A stretch of DNA of 43,965 nt from Phoronis australis (GCA_002633005.1 NMRA01000015.1:1302346-1346310); one strand, 5' to 3'; shown: positions 10,215 through 23,604, counted from the first letter of the stretch. A program made the numbers and translations. The notes: generated by a model not told the origin, from the sequence alone.

Positions 10215-13200
10215 AAAAAAATCGCGCTTCAACCCGTCGCTGAAATGGAGACTTGATGAAGGTTTATCCACCGTGTAAGTACATTTGATGGACAAAAACA
10301 GTGTATTGTGTTGTACCGTTGGTGGGAATGTGGTTGTCACGCACATATTGAGTGAAGCCTAATTTCAGTGCGACCGTCAGCACAGCGCATTAATTTTGGA
10401 ACAGGCAAGACGAAACGAGTATCGTTTACCAGAAATCAAGTCTTGTTGTCCGCGATTTTCCGTACACAAGCCCATGGGCGTGTATTTGGAAAACGAAAGT
10501 TTTCAGGTGTTTAGTAATACCAAATAAACACCCATGTGTTTATTCCGAAAAAGAGGGGTCGTGTAAACGGAAAGACATAGTTTTGGCTAAGCAAATGTCA
10601 GCATGAAGCGCAATGTGTATTTTTGTAAGTAAAGCAGCCCTTCTGGGTGTATTGGTAGTTCTTAGGACTTTTGTGAATACGTTGAATTATGTTTACAAAG
10701 TTAATTGAGTAACACCATATCAATTTTTGCAATATCTGCCCAGTGGCACTAGAATTTTAACGTGCACTACACTTCACACTTCTTATGGCAAAGTTGATTG
10801 CATCCAAGCTCGGTCAGTAGAAAATCTATGTATTTCAACTTCAATGCTCACACCTCGTATTGTGAAAAAATAAATTTGAGCCACTTCTTCTGGTATGTGC
10901 CCAACCGTAAGTCCGTCTTTGACTATTTTCATGCTGTACCAATTAAGGTTTATTTTTTGTCATTTTCGGTACTGAAGAGGTGGATAACTAAAGCTTTCAG
11001 GTAGTTGTAAAGCTGGTTTTCGGTGTAAATATACGGCGGGGGCAAATTTTTTTTAGTTGTTGTCGACTGACCCTTGACCTGCCCTCCGCAATTTAGTAAG
11101 CAATCCTCCGCTAAAATAAACTCGCCAGTCACTGTCTAGTAGGAAAAAATAAGTCACACACATAGAAAATGGTGGGAAAACGAAGGTAAACCTTGGAACA
11201 CAAGGTTTAGCTAATTCAGTAAGATCAACACGTGTACCAAGGGTGCGTTAGCAAGGCATCAAAGGAATTGGGTATAGACTGGAAGAGAATTCGGGAACGG
11301 CTGAAGCAAAAAAAAACGGTATGTGATATATTTTTCGGCAGATTTCTTAAATACTTCACCCAGACTGTTCACGTAGCGGATCACACCCTATATATACATG
11401 TGCTTGCGCGTCCAGGTTACAAGTTTTCTCTGCTGCTGTTGTATACTAGGTGGTTTAGCAGCGTAAACGCACGTAGAAGAATTAAGAAATTCAAACGAGC
11501 ACATTTCTGGTACCGGAAGACGCACAACCCACGCTGCGCATGCGTACTTTAGTCTTCGAATGTAAATATCTGGTTACAGGCAAATCGAATAAATAAACTA
11601 ATAAACTAATGAGGATATAACAGCTGCAATTGCATTACTTTAAACTATATTCGGAAAATTTGATGATCGAACCAGCTAATGACGTCGAGTCGACATTGAT
11701 CTACCTTTTGAACTTTCCCATGTCAGAGAACCCTGTTGTAGTGCGGGTTATGAATACGGAACACAATCTCGCATGGTCGTATTGCACTCGACTGATTTCT
11801 CGGCTATGGGTTAAACGCCCATAAGTGTTTCATCGGATGGGCTTGTCTACGGAAAATCCCGGTAGCATCACAATAATTAGATATGATCGTTCTTGATAGA
11901 CACACTCGGCTTTCGAACAAATGAAATCAATATGGCCGCTGTTCGTGACTGGGCTTTGCCAGTCACGAAAAAAGCTTCGGTTACAGATTTCCAGTTCGAG
12001 ACATAAGCATATTACGCGACACTGAAGTTTACAGTGTAGAAACGTTTTAAAGACCCCTGTCAAAGAAAATTTTCACATCATGGGAGCACAAATATGATCT
12101 CTCAACGCCACTCAAATTCGAACAAGTGAGTCAAGGCTACGCGTTTGCGAGTACGCCGCTTTGCATTTTCGAATAGAATTGCTGCCACTGTGATTAATCG
12201 ACGAGGCTAAGATGTTGAATTGTGGGAGTAAATTCACCATCTTTCGCTCCATCAATGAATAGTTATGCCTCCAGTTACTCGCAAGTGTCTTGTGTTTTGG
12301 AACTCACCTAAATACGTACATGTAACTGGTGGGCGATCAGAACCCTCCACGATAGGACAGGTGTCGCTGAGAGAGGCGTTTGCCTGTTTATCTCATTGGT
12401 TTTTTCGTAATTCAAGATGGCGCTAACTTTAATTATACATATATGCGCTGTCTGATGATTAATACACTGTATGTTGTTGCTAAATCCTACTTAGGGGCGA
12501 TTACGTGTAATTCTGATTCACATCCTGTTTTCGTTGTCAATAAACGCAGAAAAAATGTTAGTCTTTCGTTCTTAACAACTCAGTAGTTACAGAAAAATAC
12601 TTGTTTGCTCACGCGCGCCAATCCCGTCAAAGTTATCACACGCCTGTCAGCAATGTTAGAACTCACTGCCCAGATTGGCCAATCATCGCCCAACTCTTGG
12701 CTTACGCCACCGGGAGTCGGCGTTGTCAACACAAACCACAAGAGCAGGTTTTTTGTACTCAAAAATGACATTCTTTCAAAAAGATCGAAAATTGGTAAAG
12801 TAAGTGAAATATCGTAAGATTTCGGAAAGGGTTTCATTGTTCGATTCTGTTACTGAGGATAATTGATGGTCAGTTACCTGTTGAGAGTCTGGTAGCACTT
12901 TGGATCTCATAGCTTTCGGGCCCTTCTTGAATGCTGATTGATAGAGGTCTAAGTTTCCCGCCCTTACCGGCACATGGTAGATACTGATGTGAGACACCTA
13001 CTAGTTGTCACGTGAAGCTAGGGAGCTGTAGACTGCAGACCCAGTTCATAACCCCGATCCCCATTAAGGGAAGGCTTCCCCCACCTGATCTCGACAGACT
13101 CGCGTATTTATTTTGCGGCTCCAGAATATGTCCTCCTTGGCCAGGATAGTCACATGATCAGCGGTAATGATGTGAAGGGCTGACACACACTGGTCTTCCA

Positions 13201-14793
13201 CTGCTGTGAGTGCACCAAGATTTTTACGCACATGTTATTTCGCTCTGGTGGATAAAACATATGAAGTCTCCCCAATATGATGCCGCGCAGTTGTATTTGT
13301 AGTCATGTGTTTTCAATTCTTCAACAAAATACTTCTTCATGTGTACAGAGGTGCCATAGTGCAACCTAGACTTATATTTGTTCAAGTGAGTTTACTTAAT
13401 CTCTGATCAATTTTAGTACTGCAGATGGGAAATATGTTTTATTAAGTTGCAGAAATTCTATAGTTGCAGAATTACAAAATAGGACTCTGCTTGGATGTAA
13501 TGGTCTCTGACATGGATTAACAAGTTTCATGCACTGATAGTAACATACGCCGGAATATTTAAGGCGAATTATGCCTCACGCTGGCGGGTGTGGTAAAAAT
13601 AGGAGGGCGCGATGTGGAAAACTGACCAGTTTATACCCCCATAAAACCGGCAAGCGTGCTAACCATTCAGCTAATAGGCAAGTGCCCGTTAGCGAGTAGC
13701 TAACAGAGGCTCATATGATTCACCGGAAGCCCGTCTACAACATTTAGGTTGAGAATGGGATAACTGCAATTGTTTGACAATCGGCCTGTGCACAACTGTC
13801 CGGTTTCAACATCTCCCTTACCTATCAGTCCACTTAATTTTACATGAAAAATGCTTGTAAATGTGGCTTCTTTGTTTGCTCAAATTAATCCAAGACACAA
13901 GTGGACGAAACCAAGCTTAATTTTTAGTTTTGGTGTGGTGCACCAAGAAATCCACACTGCATTCCCCAATCGAGTGGAAATTAAACTGAGATAGAGCACT
14001 AGCTCGCACGGACAGGCTGAAATGGAAAACCAGTCGGGTAATGACTGGAAGTCCTAAACGAACTCAATGTGGATATGTTTGTGATTTTTAGACAGTCTGC
14101 CTAGTGACTATGTTGGCTACGTACAACTTGAGTCCAGCGAAGACTGGTTCGCGGAAGTTTGAAGCAACGCGACGGGCCTGACGTTCGCTCTCCGGAAGAG
14201 CATATGACATATCTTTGCCCGAATGTAGACCTAAATACGAAAATTGCCCATTCCCACCGCCCGGTCGCCACCAAGATCATCCCTTGGTCAGTCCCCGCCT
14301 CTAGTTCCACCTCAGACGGTCGCCACAGATTTCACCTCTTCTCATCTTTCCTGTATTTTCCTCTGGATGATCCGCTGCCCGAATTTTTCTTCTTTTGCTT
14401 GAATTTCTCTTAATGTTTTCCCGAATGTTTGGGGGCAATCGTCCGTCCCCCCCGTCCATGCCTATGGTGGTTACTATAGATACAGGTTTGAATCTGTCAC
14501 CAGATAAGACGATGAAATGCTTATCAATGGGGAAAACCGAACGAGAACTTGGAGCGTAAATTCACCTGCTTACTCAAAATATTTAGGTGTAAAGACCCAG
14601 TTGCACAAAGGAGCCACATCAACATGGAAGGCTACAATGCACCATACGGCGTATGAACCGTTTATGCACTTTGATGTTCCGCGTCGATTCCTGTTGGCCC
14701 TGGAACGTCCGGGAAGGTACTTGGGGCTCCAAGAGGCCAACGCACCATTTTGGGAAGCCCAAAACTAGCATGTTTCTATGACTGTCTGTGTCA

Positions 14794-15066
14794 CTACCGA
14801 ATAGATCCGGGATGGTGCGTGTAGACGCCGTGTGGGCCCTCGTTCAGCTGGGTCGATTCGTGTCTACGACATGTTGGTCCGTCATTCTGCCATGACTGTC
14901 TGGGATGGTTCGTGGTCGTCGGTGTGGGGCGCCGATGGTGTTGATTCCTGACTGCTGCCGTGTAGCTGCCGTATGTCACCGGCGTGACAATCGTCCAATG
15001 CAATGACCGTCGAACCCCGAAATAAACACGATTCAACCCGGATGTTGGCCCAGCGGGATCCGGCAC
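14794..15066 (-). mobile_element. Possible highly degraded Ty3/Gypsy pol C-terminal relic
   Basis: GC-rich segment. SYTAAVRNQHHRRPTP...VYTHHPG loosely resembles the SY...RRNRRHLR...YTTRSGR tail of Gypsy pol; the match is weak. Confidence 0.25.
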
Positions 15067-15159
15067 ATTCTGCGGCTGTTGTGTTCAGTCATGCTTAAGT
15101 GGTACTGAGGCTTAATGATCATGACAAGGCTGAGTATGCAAACGTCCTGCCAGGAGAGG

Positions 15160-16149
15160 AAGCAACAAATCAACTCATTTTGTCAAAGTCAGCTGATATA
15201 AATTGCCAAAGGTATAATTTGTCGTTTCAACTTCTTACCAAAAGGTGACGGAACGGAATTTATCGCCTAGTTGAAAAATTTCTCCTCTGTTGCCCAGGAT
15301 TCCCCACATAACCATTCTAGGAAAGTTATCGAAGCTCAATGAAACGAAGTACAAACTGAGTGTGCGAGGATACACAAACCATTGCCAGATAAACTGCTAA
15401 TGTGTCGCGTGCAAACGGTTATTGGAAAAACTTTATTCAGAAATAATAAAGTGGAAACACAACTCCACATTTCTGATCATTAAGTTACTTTTTACGAAAC
15501 AGTTCCATACTCTTGTTTAAAACACATGGTTTGTCAGCGATAGAAGTAATGACAGAAAGACGTGAATCAAAAACGACGAGAGCAACTGTTACAGGGTAAG
15601 TCATCACAATATATCTTCACTGAGAGTCACCAAACTCTATGCTGAAATGAAAATGTTAAAATAGTGTGTATCTCTAAAAGACAATGTAAAAGCAGTTAAA
15701 CCTCTCTAAAATCCGGTAAAAATATGTTATCAAAAGGCACTTGCTTTCGAGCCTTAATGGGTGCGACTCTTCATAAGATGCAAAGACAAGTGACGCGAAT
15801 GGCTCATTTCACACCTGATGAAGAGGCACACCGCTAGAGTTTTCTAACAATATATGGCGACTTGAGATGTTTCTCAGGTCGCCAAACATAATCTGAGGTC
15901 ACATTGGCGATCTGCAGTTCGCCAAATCGAGCGCTGTCTTGCCTTATATAAACTATGCAAACTTTTAAAACTGGCGTGCGTTCAGTAGACGCTAGGACCT
16001 ACGCTAGGACCTAGCTAAAAGCTAGTCAAAGTCACGTGTTCTCATTCACAATGCACGGCAATATCTCACGTAATCTCGCGAAGTCTTGCCTTTTAGCGAG
16101 GTCCTAGCGTTACTGAACGGGAGGCTGGTCTCAACTGGATCCTTACTCA
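15160..16149. repeat. Dispersed repeat B, copy 2 (interrupted by a small MITE)
   Basis: Colinear with 3033-3411 plus 4314-4698. It has about 85 extra bp near 15465-15550 and a MITE at 15974-16124. Confidence 0.8.
15974..16124 (+). mobile_element. About 150-bp MITE, CTG TSD (PIF/Harbinger-like)
   Basis: Subterminal inverted repeat CGTTCAGTA(G)ACGCTAGGACCT / AGGTCCTAGCGTTACTGAACG, with CTG on both flanks. The empty site is at about 4674 in repeat B copy 1. Confidence 0.8.
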
Positions 16150-16159
16150 CGTGTGGTGA

Positions 16160-16880
16160 ACAGTTTACGAAGCCACGATAATTTCAAATACTTAAGAGAA
16201 AAAAACATTTTAAACCCCCATGATCCTGATTTTGTACAATTTCATTTCGGCTAACTCTGTCATTCTTCCCATTCCAAATGAAGCCAAACAACGCTCTAAT
16301 TCTTGAATCATGTCAATGGAGGGGCTAGGGAGGGATTGAAGCAAGTGAACAATCTTGGGCAATAAAAGTGTCTTAACCACGGTTATTTCACCTAAAACAG
16401 TAAGAATTATTCTTTACCAAGAGCCCACCATTTTCTTAATTTCCAAAAGCTTGCCACTATAGTTAACACCTGGCATTGTATGATAATCAGTGGAGAAGAT
16501 AATTCCCAAAAACATGAAAGGTTTGATAGTCCATAATAAGTTTTCATTGACACAAAGTTTTTCGTCAGAGTCTTTTTTGAACCAAGCCAAACACATCTTG
16601 TTTTCTCGATATGTGGCTTCAAACTTCTCAAATTGGTCAACTAAATTCAAAGATGATCTAAGAGATAATTCAGAACCGTCCAAAATTAAAAAAGTGTCGT
16701 CGGCGTACTCAGAAACATCTATCCTGACCACAGTGATGCCACCATCCCGTCGAATTAAATTACCCAATAGTTCTACATATAATACAAAAAGGTAAAGAGA
16801 CATGGGGTCTCCTTGACGGCATCTCCCCATTTCAAAAACTCAGAGAAAAATCCATGTTGGAGAACACGAAGACAAGAGTT
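16160..16880 (-). mobile_element. Degraded L1/Tx1-type non-LTR retrotransposon RT fragment
   Basis: Reads RCRQGDPMSLYLFVLYVELL, SEYADDTFLILDG (YADD at 16696-16707), EKTRCVWLGS, FLGIIFS and LGEITVVKTLLLPKIVHLLQSLPSP, with frameshifts and stops. Confidence 0.88.
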
Positions 16881-17399
16881 ATGAGTAATAAGTTGTGAGC
16901 TATTCTACAGATTAGCAACTGACTTGTAACTATTAGTGATTATAGTGGGAGAGTGAGCGGTTTACCCTGTACTGGCATGTCACTAAGAAATAATGGAATG
17001 TTCTAAAATTAGATGTCAGAGTGCATCAGAATGGATTACAATGTTGTGATAGTGATGAATTGTCTTGCTTTCTTCTTCTTATTTGTGTAACACCCACTGC
17101 ACAAAACAATTGTCTGCATCGCTAGTAGTCTGGTACATTGAATAGGGAACACATGCGAAATTGTTGGGTGGAGATGAAGCCAGCAGCGAGCTGGGAGCAC
17201 CATGTAATTAAAATTTGGAGAACATCCAGGATGGTACTGACATAACCATAGGGGCATGAACACCGGTCATTACAAAATGTCCTGGGGACATGCACAAAAC
17301 GAGGGCCAGATCTTATCACCACCACACCCCATGTTGTTAATGGTCAGGGGGATCTAGCAACCAAAATGTGTGACGATGGGAGGGGCTCAACACATGTGG

Positions 17400-17580
17400 C
17401 ACACCCCTTGGTTTTTACCTGTTTTGCAGTTTTGCACTCCTCCCATGAACGCTCCTGGGAGACAGTAAACACTCATTTATCGCCCACCTGGTTTTACTTG
17501 TTTAGCCCCCCTCCCATGTACCCCCTGGGAGGGGTCAACGCCCATTTGGCGCCCACCTGGTTTTACCTGTTTTGCACTAG
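17400..17580. repeat. Degenerate tandem repeat, 3 units about 70-80 bp apart
   Basis: The core CCC(A)CCTGGTTTTAC(C/T)TGTTT recurs near 17405, 17483 and 17552. Confidence 0.65.
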
Positions 17581-18114
17581 TCTTCAAATATACCCCCCTT
17601 CCTGGCACCTGGGGGAAACTGTCTCCTGAAACCCCAAGAGCAATGGCTAAAAGTATGTAGTCCATGGAGGTATTAAATGTAATTAGGAACGGTAATTTGC
17701 CTTATTAAAAACTCAAATACGAACCAAAACCATGGCTTTTGAAGGGAGCCTGACGCGAATGACAGCAAAATCTTACTGTCAATTACACTTTAATATTGAC
17801 TAAAACATACATTTTCATTCTCATTTGATTATAAGTGAATGTGAATAGACGTAGTTTAAGCATCATTAATCACACAGTAATTTTATTGCACGTCAAATGT
17901 TATTAAAGTTTGAATTTATCAGTGTTTACATGGTTCGGACACTCGCCGCTAAATTAGTGTTGCCTATTTGCCGCTTGGGGCGCTAGCTTTTCGACCGATA
18001 ACCTATTGCAGCCTCGTCCCCAAGCCTCAAGATGGTGCTTATCGGTTTAGCCATCTAAAAGACCATTTGATTTTGCATGAATTTCTCGCCGCGAGACTGA
18101 ACGCTCCCCATACA

Positions 18115-18340
18115 CCACAGTGTGGCCTGGTTGATAAGTGCCTGCTTTCTTTACTCGAGGTCGTGGGTTCGAGTCCCACCAGGTCACACTGCTAAGCCCT
18201 TGAGCCAGGTTTCTAGCTCCTCAGCTCGGTTTTAACCATATATTAATAAAACATAAAATATTTCCAGGTGTTCAGTGCAGTGGGCCCACATGCGAGGCCT
18301 GCGCACGTCTGGTACAACGTGTATCAGACCACCTGCAATT
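18115..18340 (+). mobile_element. tRNA-derived SINE (degenerate)
   Basis: A-box TGGCCTGGTTGA (18123) and B-box GGTTCGAGTCC (18166-18176) within a GTGGG/CCCAC T-arm, followed by a non-tRNA body. The 3' end is approximate. Confidence 0.65.
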
Positions 18341-18349
18341 AATACTCCT

Positions 18350-21072
18350 TATTTACACAGTCGCCATGTCAGTAGTGAGCCTATATTTAGGTTTAAAAAC
18401 AATGCATTTGAGACACGAATACAACGAGGCACTTGAAAAAAATCCCGCTTTGCGCTGTATTTAAGTGCGAAGCCCCATTAGTACCATGAAAAAAAATTAA
18501 TCTGTTAATACGGATTGCCAATCTGTTGATACGGATTGCCAATCTGTTGATACGGATTGCCAATCTGTTGATACGGATCACCAATCTGTAATTACGGAAA
18601 TAGGGACTCAACTAAGGTTCCTAAGTCGTTTTGCGTATTATGGTCTTTATGGACTCATAGATGCAATATTTTTATCATTTCATCTTTATTATGAGCTCCT
18701 CTTTGATTAATCCCATTTTCTAATAATATAACTAAAAACTTAGCCCACAGTTCATTGAAAATAAGTAGCGACTCAGTCCTTAAATTGGGGGTGTTGCATG
18801 AAAAGATCCCTAATTATTTTCGATAATTTTCAAAATTCAATGTAGAGTTCGCTCTTAATTTGTATCAAAGTCAAAAGCTAACTTAGTAATGAAACTAAGA
18901 CAATACAAGAAAAGTCAATCGATGTTTTCACAAAAGAACTTAGTTGAATTCCTATTTGACGCTGTTTCATGCAACCGGACACTGATCTGTATATAATTTC
19001 ATTTGGGCCTTAGTTATGACGAGATTCTGATGTTGTCAGCAAATCACAGTGTGTTTGTAAGCAGGCGAACTCTTCGAAACATGTGGGGTTATTTCGACGC
19101 AAGAAGCACACAATGATTTTAGATGTTGCTTGATTTCTTGAGGAACAGGCATCAGGACGTCTACATGTTTATCGGCGGATGCGTTGAAGTGTATATACAA
19201 AATAGGGCGAACATCGACAGGGAACGGTCCGCCATCTGTTAGGAATCTTAGATCCCGATGGGGCATGATGCAGAGCAAGGAAGAGGCTGCAAAGACACGT
19301 GTATGAAATAACAGGTACTAATTTTATGTGCGCGTACCGACTCTTACGATAAACTGAGGCATTTCGCAATATGTATTAATGGCTGTACAGATGAGTTTTC
19401 CGGGACAGAAAGATACTGTGGTTGCAAGTGAACACATCAAGCAGTGATCCAAAAGTTATCGCTGGTTATCACATCATAAAGTGCAAGCAGTGCGCGACAG
19501 AAACATTTGTCCAAGGGTGATTAGGGCAGATTTAAGTACCGAGAGCGTGGACGAGTGCAACAAAAAAGATGTTTTTGCAACGAAATTGCCTTGATTCATT
19601 TGCTGGGGAAAAACGTATATGTTTGTAACAAGCAGAACAACCAATAGATTGAGTTTTGGTGGAGTTTTCCGCGTTACAAGCACTGTGCTCAATTTTGGAC
19701 GAGCATTTTTCATGAACTGAACTACAACGACAAATTCAGCATCAATTGCTTACCCTCGCAATAACTAATATATGTCATTTTCGTGTGTTTTAGGAAGAGT
19801 TTGACATTGACGTGGGCTTGATGTGAGCGTTTCATTCTCGCGTAATCGCCATGGAACATTTGGGCGGACAACAGTCCTCCTTGCGGCGACTGTACGAAGC
19901 GCAAGACCTATGCATACTTGGGCAAATAAAAGTGTATGATAGGGACGTGTTTGAGGTGTGCTCCATCTTCATGGCAGAAGGGGGGGGGGGNNNNNNNNNN
20001 NGTTACACGCGTGACTCAAACGAAGGGCTTCATTTATACCAACGTCAACATTGATAAACAGACAGTTAAAAAGCTAAAATATATGCATCGTGTTAAAATT
20101 TCGAAAGGTCTCTGACGTCCAGAAATATTCTGATCAGAACTGAACAGAAAAAAACAACAAAGAATTGGAGTCAGCCTTTGAGGATCAGTGTTGATAATTC
20201 CAATTTTTAAGGACCTACAAGCCGAAACAAGAAAGGTCAAAGGCCATGGTATATTTAACCCGAGCATGATTTTGTTTGTCAGTTCACTTGCATCAGATGT
20301 AAAATTAAATCAAGTGTTACTGTTTAAGATATTTGATTACGAATGAATCTAATTACAACAGTATATGTTTAGCTCTCAAGCTCACATTTTGTTGAAGCGA
20401 AAATCCAAACCTCCGGACTGTTAACCACAGTGACATGTATAGCAGACACATAGTTTGCTTCGTTAACCCTTCGTCTACCTTTTCATTTGTTGTTGTAGTC
20501 TTAGACCCATGACCACGTCCAGAAAGTCTCACAAAGAAGTGGCTTGGCGAAAATGCATGTACGTCCTATTAGTACTGAGTGCCGGGTAGGTACGACATTA
20601 ATAGAAGATGGTACAAAAGATTTGGGAGGAATCTCGACCTTGTCCCTTAAAGCCTCGTGCAGTGCCAAGTAGCCTAGGTAAAGCCGAAATCGTTTAACTT
20701 CAAACTAGAATAACTCTAGTTCACGCCGGCGAATATTCATGTTCAAGCAATGTGTGAACTCCATTCGGCTCATGAATTTATGTGTAAATTAGGAACGCTA
20801 ACACGCCGTAATAAAATGCAACAAAAAACGAAGGCTTTCATCCAAAACATTGACCAAAAGAAAGATATATTAACAGCTAGCCAATCCATAATTACAGAAA
20901 GACAATCCGTAATTATAGATTGGCAATCCGTAATTCCAGCCTGGTTCGTCGCATTCACAGATTCAAATTATATTTTTTCATGGCACTAATAGGCCTTCGT
21001 ATTTAAGCACAAAATGAATTGTTTTTCAAACCTAAAAAGAGGCTTACTTCTAAAATGGCGACTGCGTGAATA
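18350..21072. mobile_element. Long imperfect inverted repeats (18350-18598 vs about 20880-21072) bracketing about 2.3 kb
   Basis: TATTTACACAGTCGCCAT...TAGGTTT...CATGAAAAAA plus the 21-mer array is mirrored in reverse complement at the right end. Confidence 0.6.
18499..18598. repeat. 21-bp minisatellite, about 4.7 units (AATCTGTTGATACGGATTGCC)
   Basis: Read directly from the sequence. A degenerate reverse-complement version lies at about 20881-20938. Confidence 0.92.
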
Positions 21073-23397
21073 CGCTATATATCGTGTGAAACTTCCGGCT
21101 TTGTCACTAATAACACGCACTCCCCAACTGAACTGCTACTGCTTATAAGCAGTAGGCCAATGAAAAATTACTTTCAAAAGGAGTCTCCCGAAAATAAAGC
21201 GTAATGTTGGGATGTAAATAGCCCGCCTTCGCGCCCGCAGTTGCAACGTTTGCCCGACAGATNCCCCCCCCCCCCCCTCCACTTGGCTGACTAATATTCT
21301 GATTCTCGCCATTTCGCACACTCTCGCCGTTGTCAGTGTTGTTTCTGTCCACTCACTGTTCATTGTAAATTTTAAAGTTTAATCATGTCTCACAGTGAGA
21401 ATAAACGTGCAAATTGGTTGTCGGATCCCTATTGCGGTACATCGAAGCGACATCTTGTGTTTAGTACATGAATCTTTGAAGTTGGGACGGTGGAATGTTA
21501 GTCCGGTCTAGTGAGAAAGGTAACAATTTGGTACGGTAGGTTATCACGTTGATCTAAAATATGTTCCGACCGCAAACTAGTCCTAACTCTAATGCGAAGG
21601 TAGCTTATGCGTGACTGAGAGTCAAGTATTTCCGCCATCTTATCACGAGAAATCGATGTAAGCGTTGTCAGGTTTGCGTTGTGATGTCCGTTCGGTAGAA
21701 CAAAATAAGTTGTGTGTGTTACAAAAAATATTCCAAAATACGGTATTTTTCTATTAACCTCAGTACATCATGGTTCAATATTCCATGAAATATAACACAA
21801 GAACTAATTGGTTTCAAAACTTATTTAGATGGAATTGTTTTAACAGGATATGTGTTCAAGCATGCCAACTCAAGCATCTCGCGCCAAAAAGCAAGGTAGG
21901 TTGGTTAACTTGTCTAAATCAAAACTTGTTTTTTGAAAGGAAGACGGGTTAAATGCTACGCTTTAAAGTGGTTATGAAATTACCGTCCACCACAAAATCA
22001 GCTTCTGGTTTAGACCATTTACCGCTGTGAAATTGGCCTCAAATAATACCTTAGTCAAAATAATCAAGATTTGAGAGCTTGGAAAGACTGACCAACAGTT
22101 TGTTGTTGCTCGAGACCAGGCTCTACAACACATTGCATTCTCCGCGCATGGATCAAGCAATAACCAGCTATCAGGCCTTTGCAAGCCTATGAGCCACTTC
22201 TCATCAGAGTGAGGAACAAGTTGACACCCATTTCATAGAGGTAAGTGGTCTAAATCAAAAGGTAGTTTCTTCGACGGAACGCGGTTTATTTCCGCTAAAC
22301 CATTGTCATGTCAGGCGCAGCGAGACAGAATGGAGTTTGTAGCATGTATAAAACAAAATGTCCATTCTGTATCAGAACAGTCGTAATATGTACATGGAAA
22401 GAAGTGATATGCTTATGATGCCAATCTTCCAGGTTTTACAGACCCATTAACAAACAACTGTAAAATGCAACCAATCGATCACTTGAAGCTGCTACAAACA
22501 CACAATCGTGACGTCAAAAAATAACTCTTGATTTGGACGACTACTGACGTACAACTGGTCTTAATTAATTCCTTAATTACTCAGATAAGAACTGTTTTCT
22601 GAGTTTGGAGACAAATATTGACCGTGCATCATTGCTTGAGGTTATGCTTGGTGCATAACATGACTCGTTGTAGCAATTAAAGCTACATAGTTGAGCTTGA
22701 TTGAAAGCAATAGCAAACTACCTCTGGGTTCTTTTCAAGCACAGAGGCCACCTCTGATAGGACTAAGAACAAATTGAAACCAAATTCATAATGGTAGGTA
22801 GTCTAAATCAAAATAAGTGTTTGTGACAGAGTTAGTGTTCATAGCAGCTTCAGGAGATAAGTTCATTATATTATACAAATTCATATTTTTAAAAAACACA
22901 CACATATATACACACACAAACACATACAAACAGGTAGCATTAAGAGTGAATTAGACAGAAACACAACCGGTACACACAAATCGTCTACACCCACTGACAC
23001 AAGAACGAAAGGTCAATTTAGCTGTTTTAACTCGCACGAAGTACGATCTGGAGATGTACAAACTAATGACCTTTAGATGATCCAGGTAATTTCAATTACC
23101 TGTGTTGTAACTTAAAATTTAGGTACAAACTAGAAGCAGAAAACAGGTTTGGCCGAAAAGGGGGGTAAGTTGGTTGGTTTATTAAAACGGTCCAAACTGA
23201 CAATGTCAACAGGTCAGGTCATCTGAAGCTTTCATTTAGTTTTAGAAAGAGTTCAATAAGCCCCTGCCATGGCACGGAGGTATCACTTTTCGAAATATCA
23301 GAAAATCGACAATTATTATGTTCACCGTTGCCATTTTGATCGGAAATACGTATAGAAAATTGTTGGACTAGAGAGTATCTGACGCAATCTTCAACCA

Positions 23398-23604
23398 CAT
23401 ACGCGCAAACAGGGGGTGCGAAGTGGGCAAAAAGGTCGGCCTCAAAGAAAGAAAAGTTAGAAAAAGTAGAAAAAGTGACAAAAGTCCACTAAAAAGACAG
23501 AAACTACCAAGATTCAGCGAATGCACAGTTCATAGCTTTTTTGTAAAAAGTCCACATTCTCAAAAATTCAACGCCACCCCCATTTTTGGGCTGGTGCGCG
23601 CATG
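23398..23604 (+). mobile_element. MITE family C, copy 2
   Basis: CATACGCGCAAACAG...CTGGTGCGCGCATG; TSD AACCA. Shares the internal GCGAAGTGGGCAAAA and AAAAGTCCAC blocks. Confidence 0.85.

Noticed and set aside
13600-13680. Minus-strand tRNA/SINE head (TAGCTGAATGGTTAGCACGCT)
   Set aside because: Only an A-box-like half is present and there is no B-box.
18115-18190. Functional tRNA gene
   Set aside because: A and B boxes and a T-arm are present, but I could not form convincing acceptor and anticodon stems, and it continues into a SINE-like body.
18393-18611. ORF with (IRINRLA)n repeats, or a CRISPR-like array
   Set aside because: It is the translation of a head-to-tail 21-bp minisatellite. 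There are no unique spacers and no cas genes, and the context is eukaryotic.
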